A program made the translations under genes and the position numbers. A stretch of 64,000 nucleotides of DNA from a virus (taxonomy: Duplodnaviria; Caudoviricetes): positions 17,522-81,521 of IMG/VR virus record IMGVR_UViG_3300012007_000014, one strand, 5' to 3'. Shown in pieces: positions 48,071 to 57,376 of this stretch (positions are counted from its first letter, which is position 1; the number at the start of each line of letters is the position of its first letter). The notes beneath the pieces are model-generated. The model searched no databases, was not told the origin of the DNA, and worked only from the letters and a program-made list of their open reading frames with translations.

Positions 48071-48373
48071 TCAATCGTGAAGTATCTTAATATTGTAATA
48101 TTTGCAAGCATCATGCTCAATCTTGCAGCCACGATGCTCGTTCCAATGATCTGCAAAATAAGCTGCATCAGCTGTGGATAACAGTTCAAGCGATTTTGCT
48201 AAAAACCATAATGGATTAGCATGATGCGGGGCTTGTCTAAAGAAACTATCGACTATCACAACATCGTCATCAGGTATCATTGTGTTTAATTCTTGCGTGA
48301 TTGCGTTGCGTTCTGCAATAATCACTTCATCGGACCTGCTGCCCATTGGCTGTGATATAAATACTTTAACCAT
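48071..48373 (-). CDS. DUF4406 / nucleoside 2-deoxyribosyltransferase-fold protein
   Basis: KVFISQPM...LELL..ADA.YF...W...RGC.IE. Confidence 0.7.
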   Translation of the reverse strand: MVKVFISQPMGSRSDEVIIAERNAITQELNTMIPDDDVVIVDSFFRQAPHHANPLWFLAKSLELLSTADAAYFADHWNEHRGCKIEHDACKYYNIKILHD

Positions 48374-48389
48374 TGGATTCCTCTAAGCC

Positions 48390-49175
48390 TCAATTTTTGA
48401 GTGCAGAAAGATAGGTCTTATTTCCTTCTTTCTTACAAGCATATCCTGTGCCCTTATCTGTTACGACATACAGCCAAGTGTTACCTTCTGTGTCGTACTT
48501 GTAGTACCCATACCAAGTAACAACATCATTCTTATGAAGAACACTAATAATGCTTGCACCCATCTTTCCATCAGAACGAAGCATTAAGGAGCTGCAAGAA
48601 ACCTTAAACCGTTTTCCAAATTTTGCAGAGGCATCTTTATAAGTCTTTCCTGCTACCGGTTTGGTTGTCGTTGGCTGCGTCGTAGTTCCAACATATCGCA
48701 AGACCTTGTTCCAGGGATAGTTTCTGTAATTCCTAATGAGAAACTCTTTTCCAGTCTGATCTCCAGTAAGTCTTCCCACAACGGTTCCACGCTCATCAAT
48801 GGAGGCTTCCACTTCTTTTCCATTGCCACAGAACATTGCAGTGTGATGTTTCAGATTTAAAAGAACGTCACCTCTTTGAAGGCCTCTTCCAGTCTTTAAA
48901 TCAACTTCTGCAGTCACGTCCTTAAACCCACACTTCTTAAATGCACCAAGCATATTGCCAGTATAAGAAGCGCCGTTTGCCTTTACAGGAACACCATTTG
49001 TCTGCCATGCTGTAATGACTGCCGAAGAACAGTCATAGTCAGGCCCCCAACGATGTACCTGGGAATATCCATGAGAATTATCTCTTGCCGTTTTCTCCAT
49101 CCAGGAGATAGCAGCTTCAATTGTCTGTTGTGTCGTCATTATAAACTTCTCCTGATTCAGAATTGGTTTTGCCAC
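48390..49175 (-). CDS. Endolysin: NlpC/P60-type catalytic domain plus SH3b-like binding domain
   Basis: GYSQ..RWGPDYDCSS, GDVLL...HHTAM; C-terminal LMLRSDG...WLYV. Confidence 0.88.
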   Translation of the reverse strand: MAKPILNQEKFIMTTQQTIEAAISWMEKTARDNSHGYSQVHRWGPDYDCSSAVITAWQTNGVPVKANGASYTGNMLGAFKKCGFKDVTAEVDLKTGRGLQRGDVLLNLKHHTAMFCGNGKEVEASIDERGTVVGRLTGDQTGKEFLIRNYRNYPWNKVLRYVGTTTQPTTTKPVAGKTYKDASAKFGKRFKVSCSSLMLRSDGKMGASIISVLHKNDVVTWYGYYKYDTEGNTWLYVVTDKGTGYACKKEGNKTYLSALKN

Positions 49176-49350
49176 GCTTTATCACTGCAGAACAAACAAG
49201 TTCTACAACACCCGGAGTTAAGATGCATCCCTCCAAGACAGAGGGTTCCTCGCCTTTGATGATCCATGCAACGAAGAACATAACACTCCAAGTCACAATG
49301 TATAAAGCTGCCGCAATAACCCATTTGCTTAAATTGTCGATCTTTTTCAT
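49117..49350 (-). CDS. Holin-like small membrane protein
   Basis: Two TM segments directly upstream of endolysin. Confidence 0.6.
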   Translation of the reverse strand: MKKIDNLSKWVIAAALYIVTWSVMFFVAWIIKGEEPSVLEGCILTPGVVELVCSAVIKRGKTNSESGEVYNDDTTDN

Positions 49351-49352
49351 GA

Positions 49353-49688
49353 TTACCAAATTAGTTCATATCGATCATTATATAAACCATCTACATAAAT
49401 CCTACTGACAAATCGAATAGATTGAAAGGAATTTATCATCTTGTCAGTAAGTTCATTGGACAATGATTTATAGATATGTGTTATAGCATAACTTCTGAAT
49501 TTGCTATAATTTAAATTATCTGCACGCCGCAATTCAATGGAGTCGAGTTGATATCGAATTGCAGGATACTTCATTTGAACATTTGATGGCGGCTGAAAAT
49601 ATACGTTATTGTTACCAATTATTTCAACCAATTTCTTTTGTAAATCTTCACGGGTCCTCATTTGATTCCTCCTCTTTATAAAGAGATC
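49353..49688 (-). CDS. Tail terminator/completion protein
   Basis: NVYFQPP....MKYPAIRY...F.S..Y.DGLY.D; start MRTRE. Confidence 0.8.
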   Translation of the reverse strand, partial: DLFIKRRNQMRTREDLQKKLVEIIGNNNVYFQPPSNVQMKYPAIRYQLDSIELRRADNLNYSKFRSYAITHIYKSLSNELTDKMINSFQSIRFVSRIYVDGLYNDRYELIW

Positions 49689-49977
49689 CAAATGAAAGAG
49701 TGAGACGAGGATATCCAACTTGAACCTCGCTCACTCTCCATTTAGAACCCATGAATGTTACATATAAAATCTTATGAAAGCTATCTAACAAATATGGATC
49801 GGCAATCACAGATAACTGATTGGTAACCGTAATATCTTGATTGATCTCAGTTACTTGATTTCGTTTAGAGTTTTGAAGAATATCTCCAAAGTAATCTCTC
49901 TCAACAATCTTATTTTCCCATATTCCAGTTCCGTCATCCACCTGATCTGCAAATGCAATCTTGCCAAACCACTTCAT
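49648..49977 (-). CDS. Head closure/stopper protein
   Basis: KWFGKI.F.......GIW......RDYFGD...N.LS..ADPY...G.KW.V....YPRL. Confidence 0.8.
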   Translation of the reverse strand: MKWFGKIAFADQVDDGTGIWENKIVERDYFGDILQNSKRNQVTEINQDITVTNQLSVIADPYLLDSFHKILYVTFMGSKWRVSEVQVGYPRLTLSFGSLYKEEESNEDP

Positions 49978-50009
49978 TAGATAGCCTCCATTTTGAGAAT
50001 TAAACTACC

Positions 50010-52064
50010 TCAGGCGCCAGTTCCAGCAGCCTTCACAGGCTTGTAGTAGAACGTGATTGCAGACAGAGGCTTAACAAGAGCACCGGACATACGAGTCTCA
50101 TACAGGCAGATCTGTGTATTCGTGTTCAGGTCGAAATCATCGAAGAAGTCGGTCTTTGCACCGCCATTTGTACCAACATTGTAATCTGCAAGGTTGACAT
50201 CAACACCTGCGACATCGTACTTGGTCTTGGTAGAGCCATCATCACCAGTGACCTCAATCTGAAGGCCATCCATAACCTCAATCGGCTGAACAGTGGAGAC
50301 TCTCATTGCAGTTGCAACCTCAGCCTCAGACTTGTACATCCGCTCTCCAATACCATTCTCAAGAAGCAGAACGTTGGTAAGCTCATCCTCCTTGGTGTAG
50401 AAGGTCATGTTGCCAGAGCCCTTGTACTGCTTTCTAGCCTTGAGCTGTGCCTTCAGCAGAGCCTTTGCCTTCTGATCGTCGGTTGCGTTCTCAGGAATCT
50501 CAACAGGGAACTTAATGGTGTAGAGATCAGAGTCATTGAAGACAGGGCGAATATTCTCTTCCTTAATCTTGTCCTCATCAGATGCAAGACGACCATCACC
50601 GATCAGGATTGCTCTTGCAATCTCCTCACGAAGCATGACCTGCATCTCAGCCTTAACCCAAGCGACCACATCGAACTCAGTGATGTCATCGATGTCATCC
50701 TTGTCGAGCTTCTGCTTCTTATAGATGGTCTGTGGAGGCGTCACACGCTTTAAGAGAGAGAAGACCTCCTCCTTCTTAAGCTTTCCCTTAATGTAGCCCT
50801 TTGCTCTTGCCTCATCCTCGGTGATGTTTGCAAGAACACTCTTCACACGAGAGAACGGAGTCTTGTGAACAGAAGACAGAACCTTGTCCACCCAGCCCGT
50901 ATCTCTCTTAATGAACTCGGGCTTGTCGCCAACCATCTTTGCCTCAGGGAAGAGATAGTCGATGTTCTCAATGCCATAAGTCTGGTCACCATGAGCGATC
51001 GACTCATCATCGCCGTAATACTCATCAAACGCCTGGCTAAGCTTGCCAGTTCTCTGGGTGAGCTCCATGATGTTCGTCATATCATCATGAGAAATGTACT
51101 CTCTACCCTCATCTGCTGCGCCATAATCCTCAAATACATTGTGCTTCACGTTATCATCCTCCTCATCGGATTCTTCATCTGCAGTTTCAAGTGCCTTACC
51201 AATCAGAAAATCAACAACCTTCTTCTGCTTGGGTGTTAATGTGTTGATGACATCCTCGACGGTCTCATCTTCCTCGTCGTCCTCGTCGTCTTCATCATCC
51301 TCAGCATGCTCTACGTCGTCCTCATCGTCATAATCATCTGAGTCGTCGTAGTCATCCTCATCATCTTCGTCATCATCGTAATCGTAATCGTCATCATCCT
51401 CTGCGTGCTCGACGTCCTCATCCTCGTCTTCGTCGTCAGCCTCATCAGAAGTAATCTGACTAATAATGATGGCAACAGCTTTCTTCTGCTTATCAGTTAA
51501 GGTATCAAATACGTCCTTAACAGTCTCCTCGTCGTCATCTTCATTGTCAGCGGGAGACTTTCTTCTCGTATCTTCCTTTGCCATGTCTTCTTCCTCACTT
51601 GCATCTGCATGATAAATCTCAGGTGCACCAAAGCCCCAAATTTCTGCCTCATCATCTGAAATATCACCATGCTCCAATACTGTATCAATTCTTGCTTCTG
51701 GATCAGCACCACCAATTACTAGCGATACTTCCTTGATCACTCCATGAAGAATATCTCCTCCTCTCCTAATAAGCTTATTGGCCCAAATAGAAAGGGAATT
51801 AATATCTCCATTTCGAAGAAGCTCTTTTGCAGTCTGTCCACCTTCTGTATCGTTGAAATATCCATCAACTCTGGTACCTCCAGGGACACAATGCAAAATT
51901 GCATGACCAAGCACCTGTCCTACTTCATCGTGATTGTGCATATAACAAAGTGGGACCTGCTCGCCATCCTGTTGATCAAAGCAGCCGTCTCGTATCGTTG
52001 TGCCGTCCGAGCAGAGAACATTGGACTTACTAGCCCATCCCTGAAAATCAGGTTTCCTCATCGT
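50010..52064 (-). CDS. Fused prohead protease - acidic scaffold - major capsid protein
   Basis: HK97-type protease motifs (MHNH, SLSIWA, EVSLV..GADP.A), D/E linker, capsid domain (KTPFSRVKS, TPPQTIYKKQKLD, ETRMSGAL); strong codon bias. Confidence 0.92.
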   Translation of the reverse strand, partial: TMRKPDFQGWASKSNVLCSDGTTIRDGCFDQQDGEQVPLCYMHNHDEVGQVLGHAILHCVPGGTRVDGYFNDTEGGQTAKELLRNGDINSLSIWANKLIRRGGDILHGVIKEVSLVIGGADPEARIDTVLEHGDISDDEAEIWGFGAPEIYHADASEEEDMAKEDTRRKSPADNEDDDEETVKDVFDTLTDKQKKAVAIIISQITSDEADDEDEDEDVEHAEDDDDYDYDDDEDDEDDYDDSDDYDDEDDVEHAEDDEDDEDDEEDETVEDVINTLTPKQKKVVDFLIGKALETADEESDEEDDNVKHNVFEDYGAADEGREYISHDDMTNIMELTQRTGKLSQAFDEYYGDDESIAHGDQTYGIENIDYLFPEAKMVGDKPEFIKRDTGWVDKVLSSVHKTPFSRVKSVLANITEDEARAKGYIKGKLKKEEVFSLLKRVTPPQTIYKKQKLDKDDIDDITEFDVVAWVKAEMQVMLREEIARAILIGDGRLASDEDKIKEENIRPVFNDSDLYTIKFPVEIPENATDDQKAKALLKAQLKARKQYKGSGNMTFYTKEDELTNVLLLENGIGERMYKSEAEVATAMRVSTVQPIEVMDGLQIEVTGDDGSTKTKYDVAGVDVNLADYNVGTNGGAKTDFFDDFDLNTNTQICLYETRMSGALVKPLSAITFYYKPVKAAGTGA

Positions 52065-53382
52065 CATATCCTCCACTATTTAGTGCATCCAAGATATCTT
52101 GTACATAATCATCATTTTGCCTTGTATCTGCACCATCATTTTGAGAGTCTTCGTCTCCTCCCGTATTCTGCTCAACCGTCGCACTAGATTGAGTGATGTT
52201 AGGATTGGATAAAGTCTCAGCCTGTTGTGCATCTGAAGGTTTCAGTCCGATTTCTGCTCGGATCTCATTGGATGTCATGATTTCATTACGTCTAAACTTG
52301 TCGGCAATATCAGCAAGCTGACTGACAGGAACAAGCTTGAAAGGATCTCTAAAGAAGACAATAGACTGTCCCTGAGATCTTGCTGTTCTAGATAAGAACT
52401 TTCGCTTAAACTCATCACAAATGACAGAACAGATCGGTGCAATCGTATTGTTGTAGTAATTAATCATTACTGCTTCATTTGCTGATCCATCCATTACGCC
52501 TTGAGTTAAACCAAGCTGGTTATAGAGCTGGGTTGTTAAATCTTTCACCTGATCCCAAAGATTGTTTTCAAGTGAGCGATTAAGCTGAATGATTCTTTCT
52601 GTACCATCCGCCCAAGCAACACCATATCTAGAGCCCTCAAGCTGCTCTGTTAATTCCTTCCGTCTCTGATTGGCAATCTCTTTTCGCTGTTCACTCTTTA
52701 CTGCATAAGGAAGCTGAATAATAAGATCAAGCTTACCTGCTGCTGACTGTTCGTTTAACTGATCCAGTTTTGCAATTGTCCTTTGAAGGCGTTTTAGTGT
52801 AGAGTTTGGTTCATTCATGATAGAATAGAACGGATTCTCAATCACTGCCACAGAGGACTTAGGAAGCCGCAAATCTTGATAGTTTCCTGTTCGCTCATTG
52901 TAAAGATGAACAACTACTTCAGAAGGGTACCAACCAACAATTCTTCCAACCTTTAGCCTTTGGATCATCCATTGCTCAGATAGTCTTGTAGGATCAAAGT
53001 CAGTATCGGTAGGAACCACTGCAACACAACCCTCATCAAACATTGATTGGACAATATCCTGAAGGAGAGCTTTGCCAGTTTGATCTGTGTTTGCTTCGGT
53101 GTTTAGACAATAATTAAGACCAGAATCGACGTTTTCAATAAACGATCCATTCTCATCAACTTTGCAATGCTCAAACCGAATGGATGAGACATCAATTGCA
53201 ATTCTGTTATAAACAGATGCAACAATGGTTCTTTGAGAGGTGTTTACGAAATGCATTCGATCTGGTCTTGACGAATAACCCATGTACGGCTGGTTATTAG
53301 TGCCATCGTTTCTAATCTCCTGGGTCGGATCTCTTCCGAGGAAGGCATTCCAGCCCGATTTTATTCGTTGGACAATTCCCAT
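52048..53382 (-). CDS. Portal protein
   Basis: YNRIA.DV, EAN.DQT, IENPFY..MNEPNSTL, LDLIIQLPY, DPFKLVP; after terL. Confidence 0.92.
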   Translation of the reverse strand: MGIVQRIKSGWNAFLGRDPTQEIRNDGTNNQPYMGYSSRPDRMHFVNTSQRTIVASVYNRIAIDVSSIRFEHCKVDENGSFIENVDSGLNYCLNTEANTDQTGKALLQDIVQSMFDEGCVAVVPTDTDFDPTRLSEQWMIQRLKVGRIVGWYPSEVVVHLYNERTGNYQDLRLPKSSVAVIENPFYSIMNEPNSTLKRLQRTIAKLDQLNEQSAAGKLDLIIQLPYAVKSEQRKEIANQRRKELTEQLEGSRYGVAWADGTERIIQLNRSLENNLWDQVKDLTTQLYNQLGLTQGVMDGSANEAVMINYYNNTIAPICSVICDEFKRKFLSRTARSQGQSIVFFRDPFKLVPVSQLADIADKFRRNEIMTSNEIRAEIGLKPSDAQQAETLSNPNITQSSATVEQNTGGDEDSQNDGADTRQNDDYVQDILDALNSGGYDDEET

Positions 53383-55139
53383 CAGTCAAAACTCTCCTTG
53401 TTTAGTTTGAAAGCTACAAAAGCATCCATCAGTGCTGCAACAGCATCGATCTTTGCTTCATAACTCTTTTTCATAAGCTTCTTATTCCCATTGGTGTCTT
53501 GGATAACAATACAGTTACCCATTGTGTAAGAGAATAGTTTTTCATCAAATATCAGTAATCTTTGCTCTGCAAGCTTTTTCAATTCTGTCAGAGGAACAGA
53601 TTCTGTCTTAGATCCCTGAATCACTTTTTCAACACCGAACTCTCCATTTTCTGTGCACCAGCGTTGGATGAATTCCTTGGCATTGTAGGGGTCATATCCT
53701 AAACATCTCACGTCATATTTATTCGTTTGAATATGCTTATCAAGATCATCATAAACATCTTGCATATCCAAATTCGTACCAGGCATGACAACAAGCGATC
53801 CTTCTGCCATGAACTCTTCATACTTTTGTCGCATAGCAGCGGGAAGTTGTGACATCGTGTATTCTGAAATGTAATCAATTGTTTTAATCCCAAATCGTCC
53901 ACCTGATAAAGGGAACAAGAATGTGAAAGAACAGAAGTCACCACCTTGAGATAAGTCACATCCAATCGAGCAGGGCATTCCAGTATAGTCTTGGTAATGG
54001 AATGGTTTAATCTCCTCATAAGTAAAGAAGTAGGTATAGCCTTCCATTGGAATGCCGAATCGTTTTGCTAGAATATCATTTCGATCAATCGGGTTATGTT
54101 CTGCTTTTTCTACATCAAGTTGATATGTTTCATAAGAAACAGTCTTACCAAGATTCGGATTTGCTTTCAGCCACATTTGCGGATTGTTCACTTCAGTTAC
54201 ATCATCAAGTTTGTACCAAAAGATAGATACATGAGGATTGTAATAATCCCCTTTTAAGATAGAAGACAACTCCATTTTGATCGTGTCACCAACACCATTT
54301 CTTACGGTTCCCTCTGAGGAAACAGCAATGATGAGAAAGCCATCAATCTTTGCACAACCCTGCTCCAATGCAGTAATTGGACTCTCTCTTATGTCTCCTG
54401 AAAGCCACTCATCGACGGTTGCTATTTTGTCTCCTCGACCCTGAAGCTTATCAATTGACATCGGACAGAATTCGATTAGAGAATTGGTGATAAAGTTTTG
54501 GATGCCTTTCTTTGTTGCTGCTAGTTTCAACTTATTCCTGGAAGAACCGGTTGTGTTATTGATCGATCCTTCTGTTAAAAATGTAAACAATGGCCCACGC
54601 GATCTTGTAATAGCAGTTCTAATGTAAGCAATTGTCTCATTCCCCTGCCTTTCTGTTGGAGCTGTAATGCATTGCTGCGTCGTAGTGGTATCAACGGTAA
54701 GACCATATGATTGGAAGCAAGCTTCATATCCAGTCTTTGAAGCTCCTCGTCCAACAATTAAATATTGATGGTCGACAAGACGCTTCTTTACTTTTCTGTT
54801 TTCGTATCCACCTCTCCCACCGCCATAGTGGTTTGGGTTCCAAACAGTACGATCTGTAAAGTAATACCAACCTAAGATCTCTTCTCCCCAAAGCTTGTAG
54901 GAGTCGAGCATAAAAAAGTCTGAGCCATCTCTTAGAGTTAGCTCAGATTCACAAAACTCAATCCAACCCTCAACAGGAGCGGGATCGTAATAAAATCTAG
55001 GATCTTTAATAAGAGCATCGATCCTATTCATCTCCATGGAAATCTCTTTACAAACTGGAATCTCTCCTCGTAGTACCTTGCTTCTAAACTCTCCGTAATA
55101 TTTTGGGGTTGCGGTGTTAGAGAGCATCGCTCTTGTCAC
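53382..55139 (-). CDS. terL: Terminase large subunit
   Basis: Walker A VGRGASKT, Walker B VDEW, nuclease CDLSQGGDF, YDPYNA, KIDAVAALMD. Confidence 0.95.
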   Translation of the reverse strand: MTRAMLSNTATPKYYGEFRSKVLRGEIPVCKEISMEMNRIDALIKDPRFYYDPAPVEGWIEFCESELTLRDGSDFFMLDSYKLWGEEILGWYYFTDRTVWNPNHYGGGRGGYENRKVKKRLVDHQYLIVGRGASKTGYEACFQSYGLTVDTTTTQQCITAPTERQGNETIAYIRTAITRSRGPLFTFLTEGSINNTTGSSRNKLKLAATKKGIQNFITNSLIEFCPMSIDKLQGRGDKIATVDEWLSGDIRESPITALEQGCAKIDGFLIIAVSSEGTVRNGVGDTIKMELSSILKGDYYNPHVSIFWYKLDDVTEVNNPQMWLKANPNLGKTVSYETYQLDVEKAEHNPIDRNDILAKRFGIPMEGYTYFFTYEEIKPFHYQDYTGMPCSIGCDLSQGGDFCSFTFLFPLSGGRFGIKTIDYISEYTMSQLPAAMRQKYEEFMAEGSLVVMPGTNLDMQDVYDDLDKHIQTNKYDVRCLGYDPYNAKEFIQRWCTENGEFGVEKVIQGSKTESVPLTELKKLAEQRLLIFDEKLFSYTMGNCIVIQDTNGNKKLMKKSYEAKIDAVAALMDAFVAFKLNKESFD

Positions 55140-55356
55140 TTCCTGCTAGACTTGAGCTATCTGTCCATCCCTCTACAAAAATGTAGGAGATAAGAGATCC
55201 AAATGCCATAATAATTGATGCTACCTGAGAGATTGATCCGTCTGATACATGAAAGGCCGTAAGAAGTGCTGTAACAAATGCAACTACAGCAATCCAAAAT
55301 TTACGACTTGTAAGTTTCCTTACGATTTGATCTTTTGTCATTGAAACCTCCTGATT
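55117..55356 (-). CDS. Holin-like membrane protein
   Basis: RKLTSRKFWIAVVAF, two TM, G..D tail; overlaps terL start. Confidence 0.7.
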   Translation of the reverse strand, partial: NQEVSMTKDQIVRKLTSRKFWIAVVAFVTALLTAFHVSDGSISQVASIIMAFGSLISYIFVEGWTDSSSLAGSDKSDAL

Positions 55357-55392
55357 ATTTGTTACCTTTTGAAAATGCGGTGATGACATCTT

Positions 55393-55644
55393 TTACTCTT
55401 TTATTACTACATTCTGAAACTTCTTGTAAGCGTCCAGATACCACTCATTCTTATCACCATTGTAGGTTAGCTCATAGTACATGCCATCAAAGAGAGTGGA
55501 GCTAAGAAGATACTTCCAGTTCTGAAGAGTCTTACACTTCCACACAGTAAATACTGTAAAGTCTGGCTCTGGATCGGATTTATCAAGATGCTCCATGATG
55601 TAATCTCTTACAATCCTGGCTGCTCTTTCATCAAAGTTAATCAT
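55393..55644 (-). CDS. DUF6275-like protein
   Basis: VW.CKTLQNWK.LLS.TL.DGMYYE.TYNGDK.E.YLDAYKK. Confidence 0.8.
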   Translation of the reverse strand: MINFDERAARIVRDYIMEHLDKSDPEPDFTVFTVWKCKTLQNWKYLLSSTLFDGMYYELTYNGDKNEWYLDAYKKFQNVVIKE

Positions 55645-55662
55645 ATCTTTCCTCCAAGTATT

Positions 55663-56502
55663 TTACTTATTTGGTTGACCACCCGGCTTCTTTCCCTTAT
55701 CGGCATTGTAGTTAATCTTCTGAAGATCGGTTCCTGCAAATGCATTAGCGTATCCAGCAATGGTATTCCACACATCAGCGCCTGTTCTAGCCCAACCATT
55801 GATCTGTTTTGCAGTATTCACCGCTTTGTCAATCTTATCCATGGCAGTTGGTTCTTTTAACTCGGAATTTATACCTGCCATGAGATCTGCTTTGTAAAGA
55901 GCAGTTTGAAGTTCATCTTTACTTGCAAGAGGTGCAACACTTTGGATACGTCTTAAATCGCCAGACTCAAGTGCTTCTTTCTTTTCTCTTTCTTTTGGAG
56001 ACAAGTTCTTTGTAACATCATTGCCATCTGGCTTTTTCTTCAATCTGTCCATGGCATCAATTCGATTCATGGCTTCTCGAAGTTCATCCTGAGACATTTC
56101 TTTGGCGTACTTCTTTACTTGAACTCTGCTTCCAGATTTAATGGCTGCTTGTCTTTTTGCTTCATGCTCTTCTGGAGTCTCTGGTTTGGGTTCTTTCTTT
56201 GTAGAACTCATTGTTTCACTCTTTGATGGTGTTCTAGATCTTGAAACAGTTGTTCCACTCTTTTTAATGTTCTCAATTGAACCTTTTCCAGAGTCAGACC
56301 CAACTTTAATTCCAGCTTTTGAAGCAGCCTTTTTCTCATTTGCTGAGTGATCGCCTTTTCCAAGTGGATAGGGAGGACCATTCAAGCGTCCCCATTTCAT
56401 ACCTAAGATCCCATGATGTGCGATCGAGAGTATTTCATCATTGATCTCTACATCATTATGATCTAGGTACTCATCTAATTCTAAAGGAGTCATATGATGC
56501 AC
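55663..56502 (-). CDS. HHG-leader protein (basic cargo)
   Basis: SIAHHGILGMKWG..NGPPYPL; two Helix repeats (ELREAM.R / ELQTAL.K). Confidence 0.8.
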   Translation of the reverse strand: MHHMTPLELDEYLDHNDVEINDEILSIAHHGILGMKWGRLNGPPYPLGKGDHSANEKKAASKAGIKVGSDSGKGSIENIKKSGTTVSRSRTPSKSETMSSTKKEPKPETPEEHEAKRQAAIKSGSRVQVKKYAKEMSQDELREAMNRIDAMDRLKKKPDGNDVTKNLSPKEREKKEALESGDLRRIQSVAPLASKDELQTALYKADLMAGINSELKEPTAMDKIDKAVNTAKQINGWARTGADVWNTIAGYANAFAGTDLQKINYNADKGKKPGGQPNK

Positions 56503-56595
56503 CTCCTCTCCTCTTATGATTCTTACTCATAACCATATTCATTAGTAAGTAGCTTCCCAGGTCTATAATAATCGGCATTATCATTTGGATCACTC

Positions 56596-57138
56596 CTACA
56601 TGCCAATATTTTTAATCTTTTCATTAGCCCACATATCGTATTCTGCTTTTGCAGCTTTAGAAGCTTCTGAGTAAGCCTTAGATGGAATATTATGCACAAT
56701 AACACCAGCTAGCACACCAGTAATAGGACCTCCTAGTACAGTTCCAACAGCAGCTCCGATAGCAGTGTTTCTGTCATGAATGTATTTGTAGCCGCCTACT
56801 TCTTTTTCTGCTTTACTAAGACCTTTACCATAAATTTTTGCATTCACGTTTGCCTTATTTGCAAGATCTTTATACTTATTGGCTTTTGACGTATTTCCTT
56901 TTACTCTGGCATCTACTGCTTTACTAGCGTACTTTGATGCAAGTTGTCCCTGCTTCCAAGCTTCAGCAGATCTCCTAGCTCGGCTCTTATAAGACTCAAC
57001 ACGATTCGAACCATCGTCCTGATAAATCCTTTTTCTTCCTGCTGCCGTTAATGTTCCATCCGGATTCTGATATCTTCTAACTCCCCACTTTTGTCCTAGA
57101 ATTCCATGATGAGATAGATAATCGCTATATTCATTCAT
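56596..57138 (-). CDS. HHG-leader protein with C-terminal Gly-rich hydrophobic helix
   Basis: YLSHHGILGQKWGVRRYQN.DGTLT.AG+.R. Confidence 0.8.
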   Translation of the reverse strand: MNEYSDYLSHHGILGQKWGVRRYQNPDGTLTAAGRKRIYQDDGSNRVESYKSRARRSAEAWKQGQLASKYASKAVDARVKGNTSKANKYKDLANKANVNAKIYGKGLSKAEKEVGGYKYIHDRNTAIGAAVGTVLGGPITGVLAGVIVHNIPSKAYSEASKAAKAEYDMWANEKIKNIGM

Positions 57139-57376
57139 ATTCGTTACCCCTACTCCATAATTTGAAGAACTCATTGGGATGAGGATCGTTTGTTGGCTGA
57201 TATGCTCCAATGACGCCAGTCTTTTTATTGACAGCATACATGGAATCTAGAGAGTTAAAGCTATTCTTGTTCTCCAAAAGAAAGATGTAATATCCGTTGT
57301 AGTCAACATACTTTCTTGCTTCCTTTTGAGGGAATTGTTTTAGGAGTTTTTTATAAGCTTCTTGAAAAGTAATCAT
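57131..57376 (-). CDS. Putative immunity/partner of papain-fold protein 57373-58767
   Basis: ATGA-coupled; homologous to 61818-62078. Confidence 0.55.
   Translation of the reverse strand: MITFQEAYKKLLKQFPQKEARKYVDYNGYYIFLLENKNSFNSLDSMYAVNKKTGVIGAYQPTNDPHPNEFFKLWSRGNEYE

Noticed and set aside
51270-51450. D/E-rich microsatellite-like tract as assembly artefact or mobile repeat
   Set aside because: In frame within the capsid linker and punctuated by the conserved VEH motif
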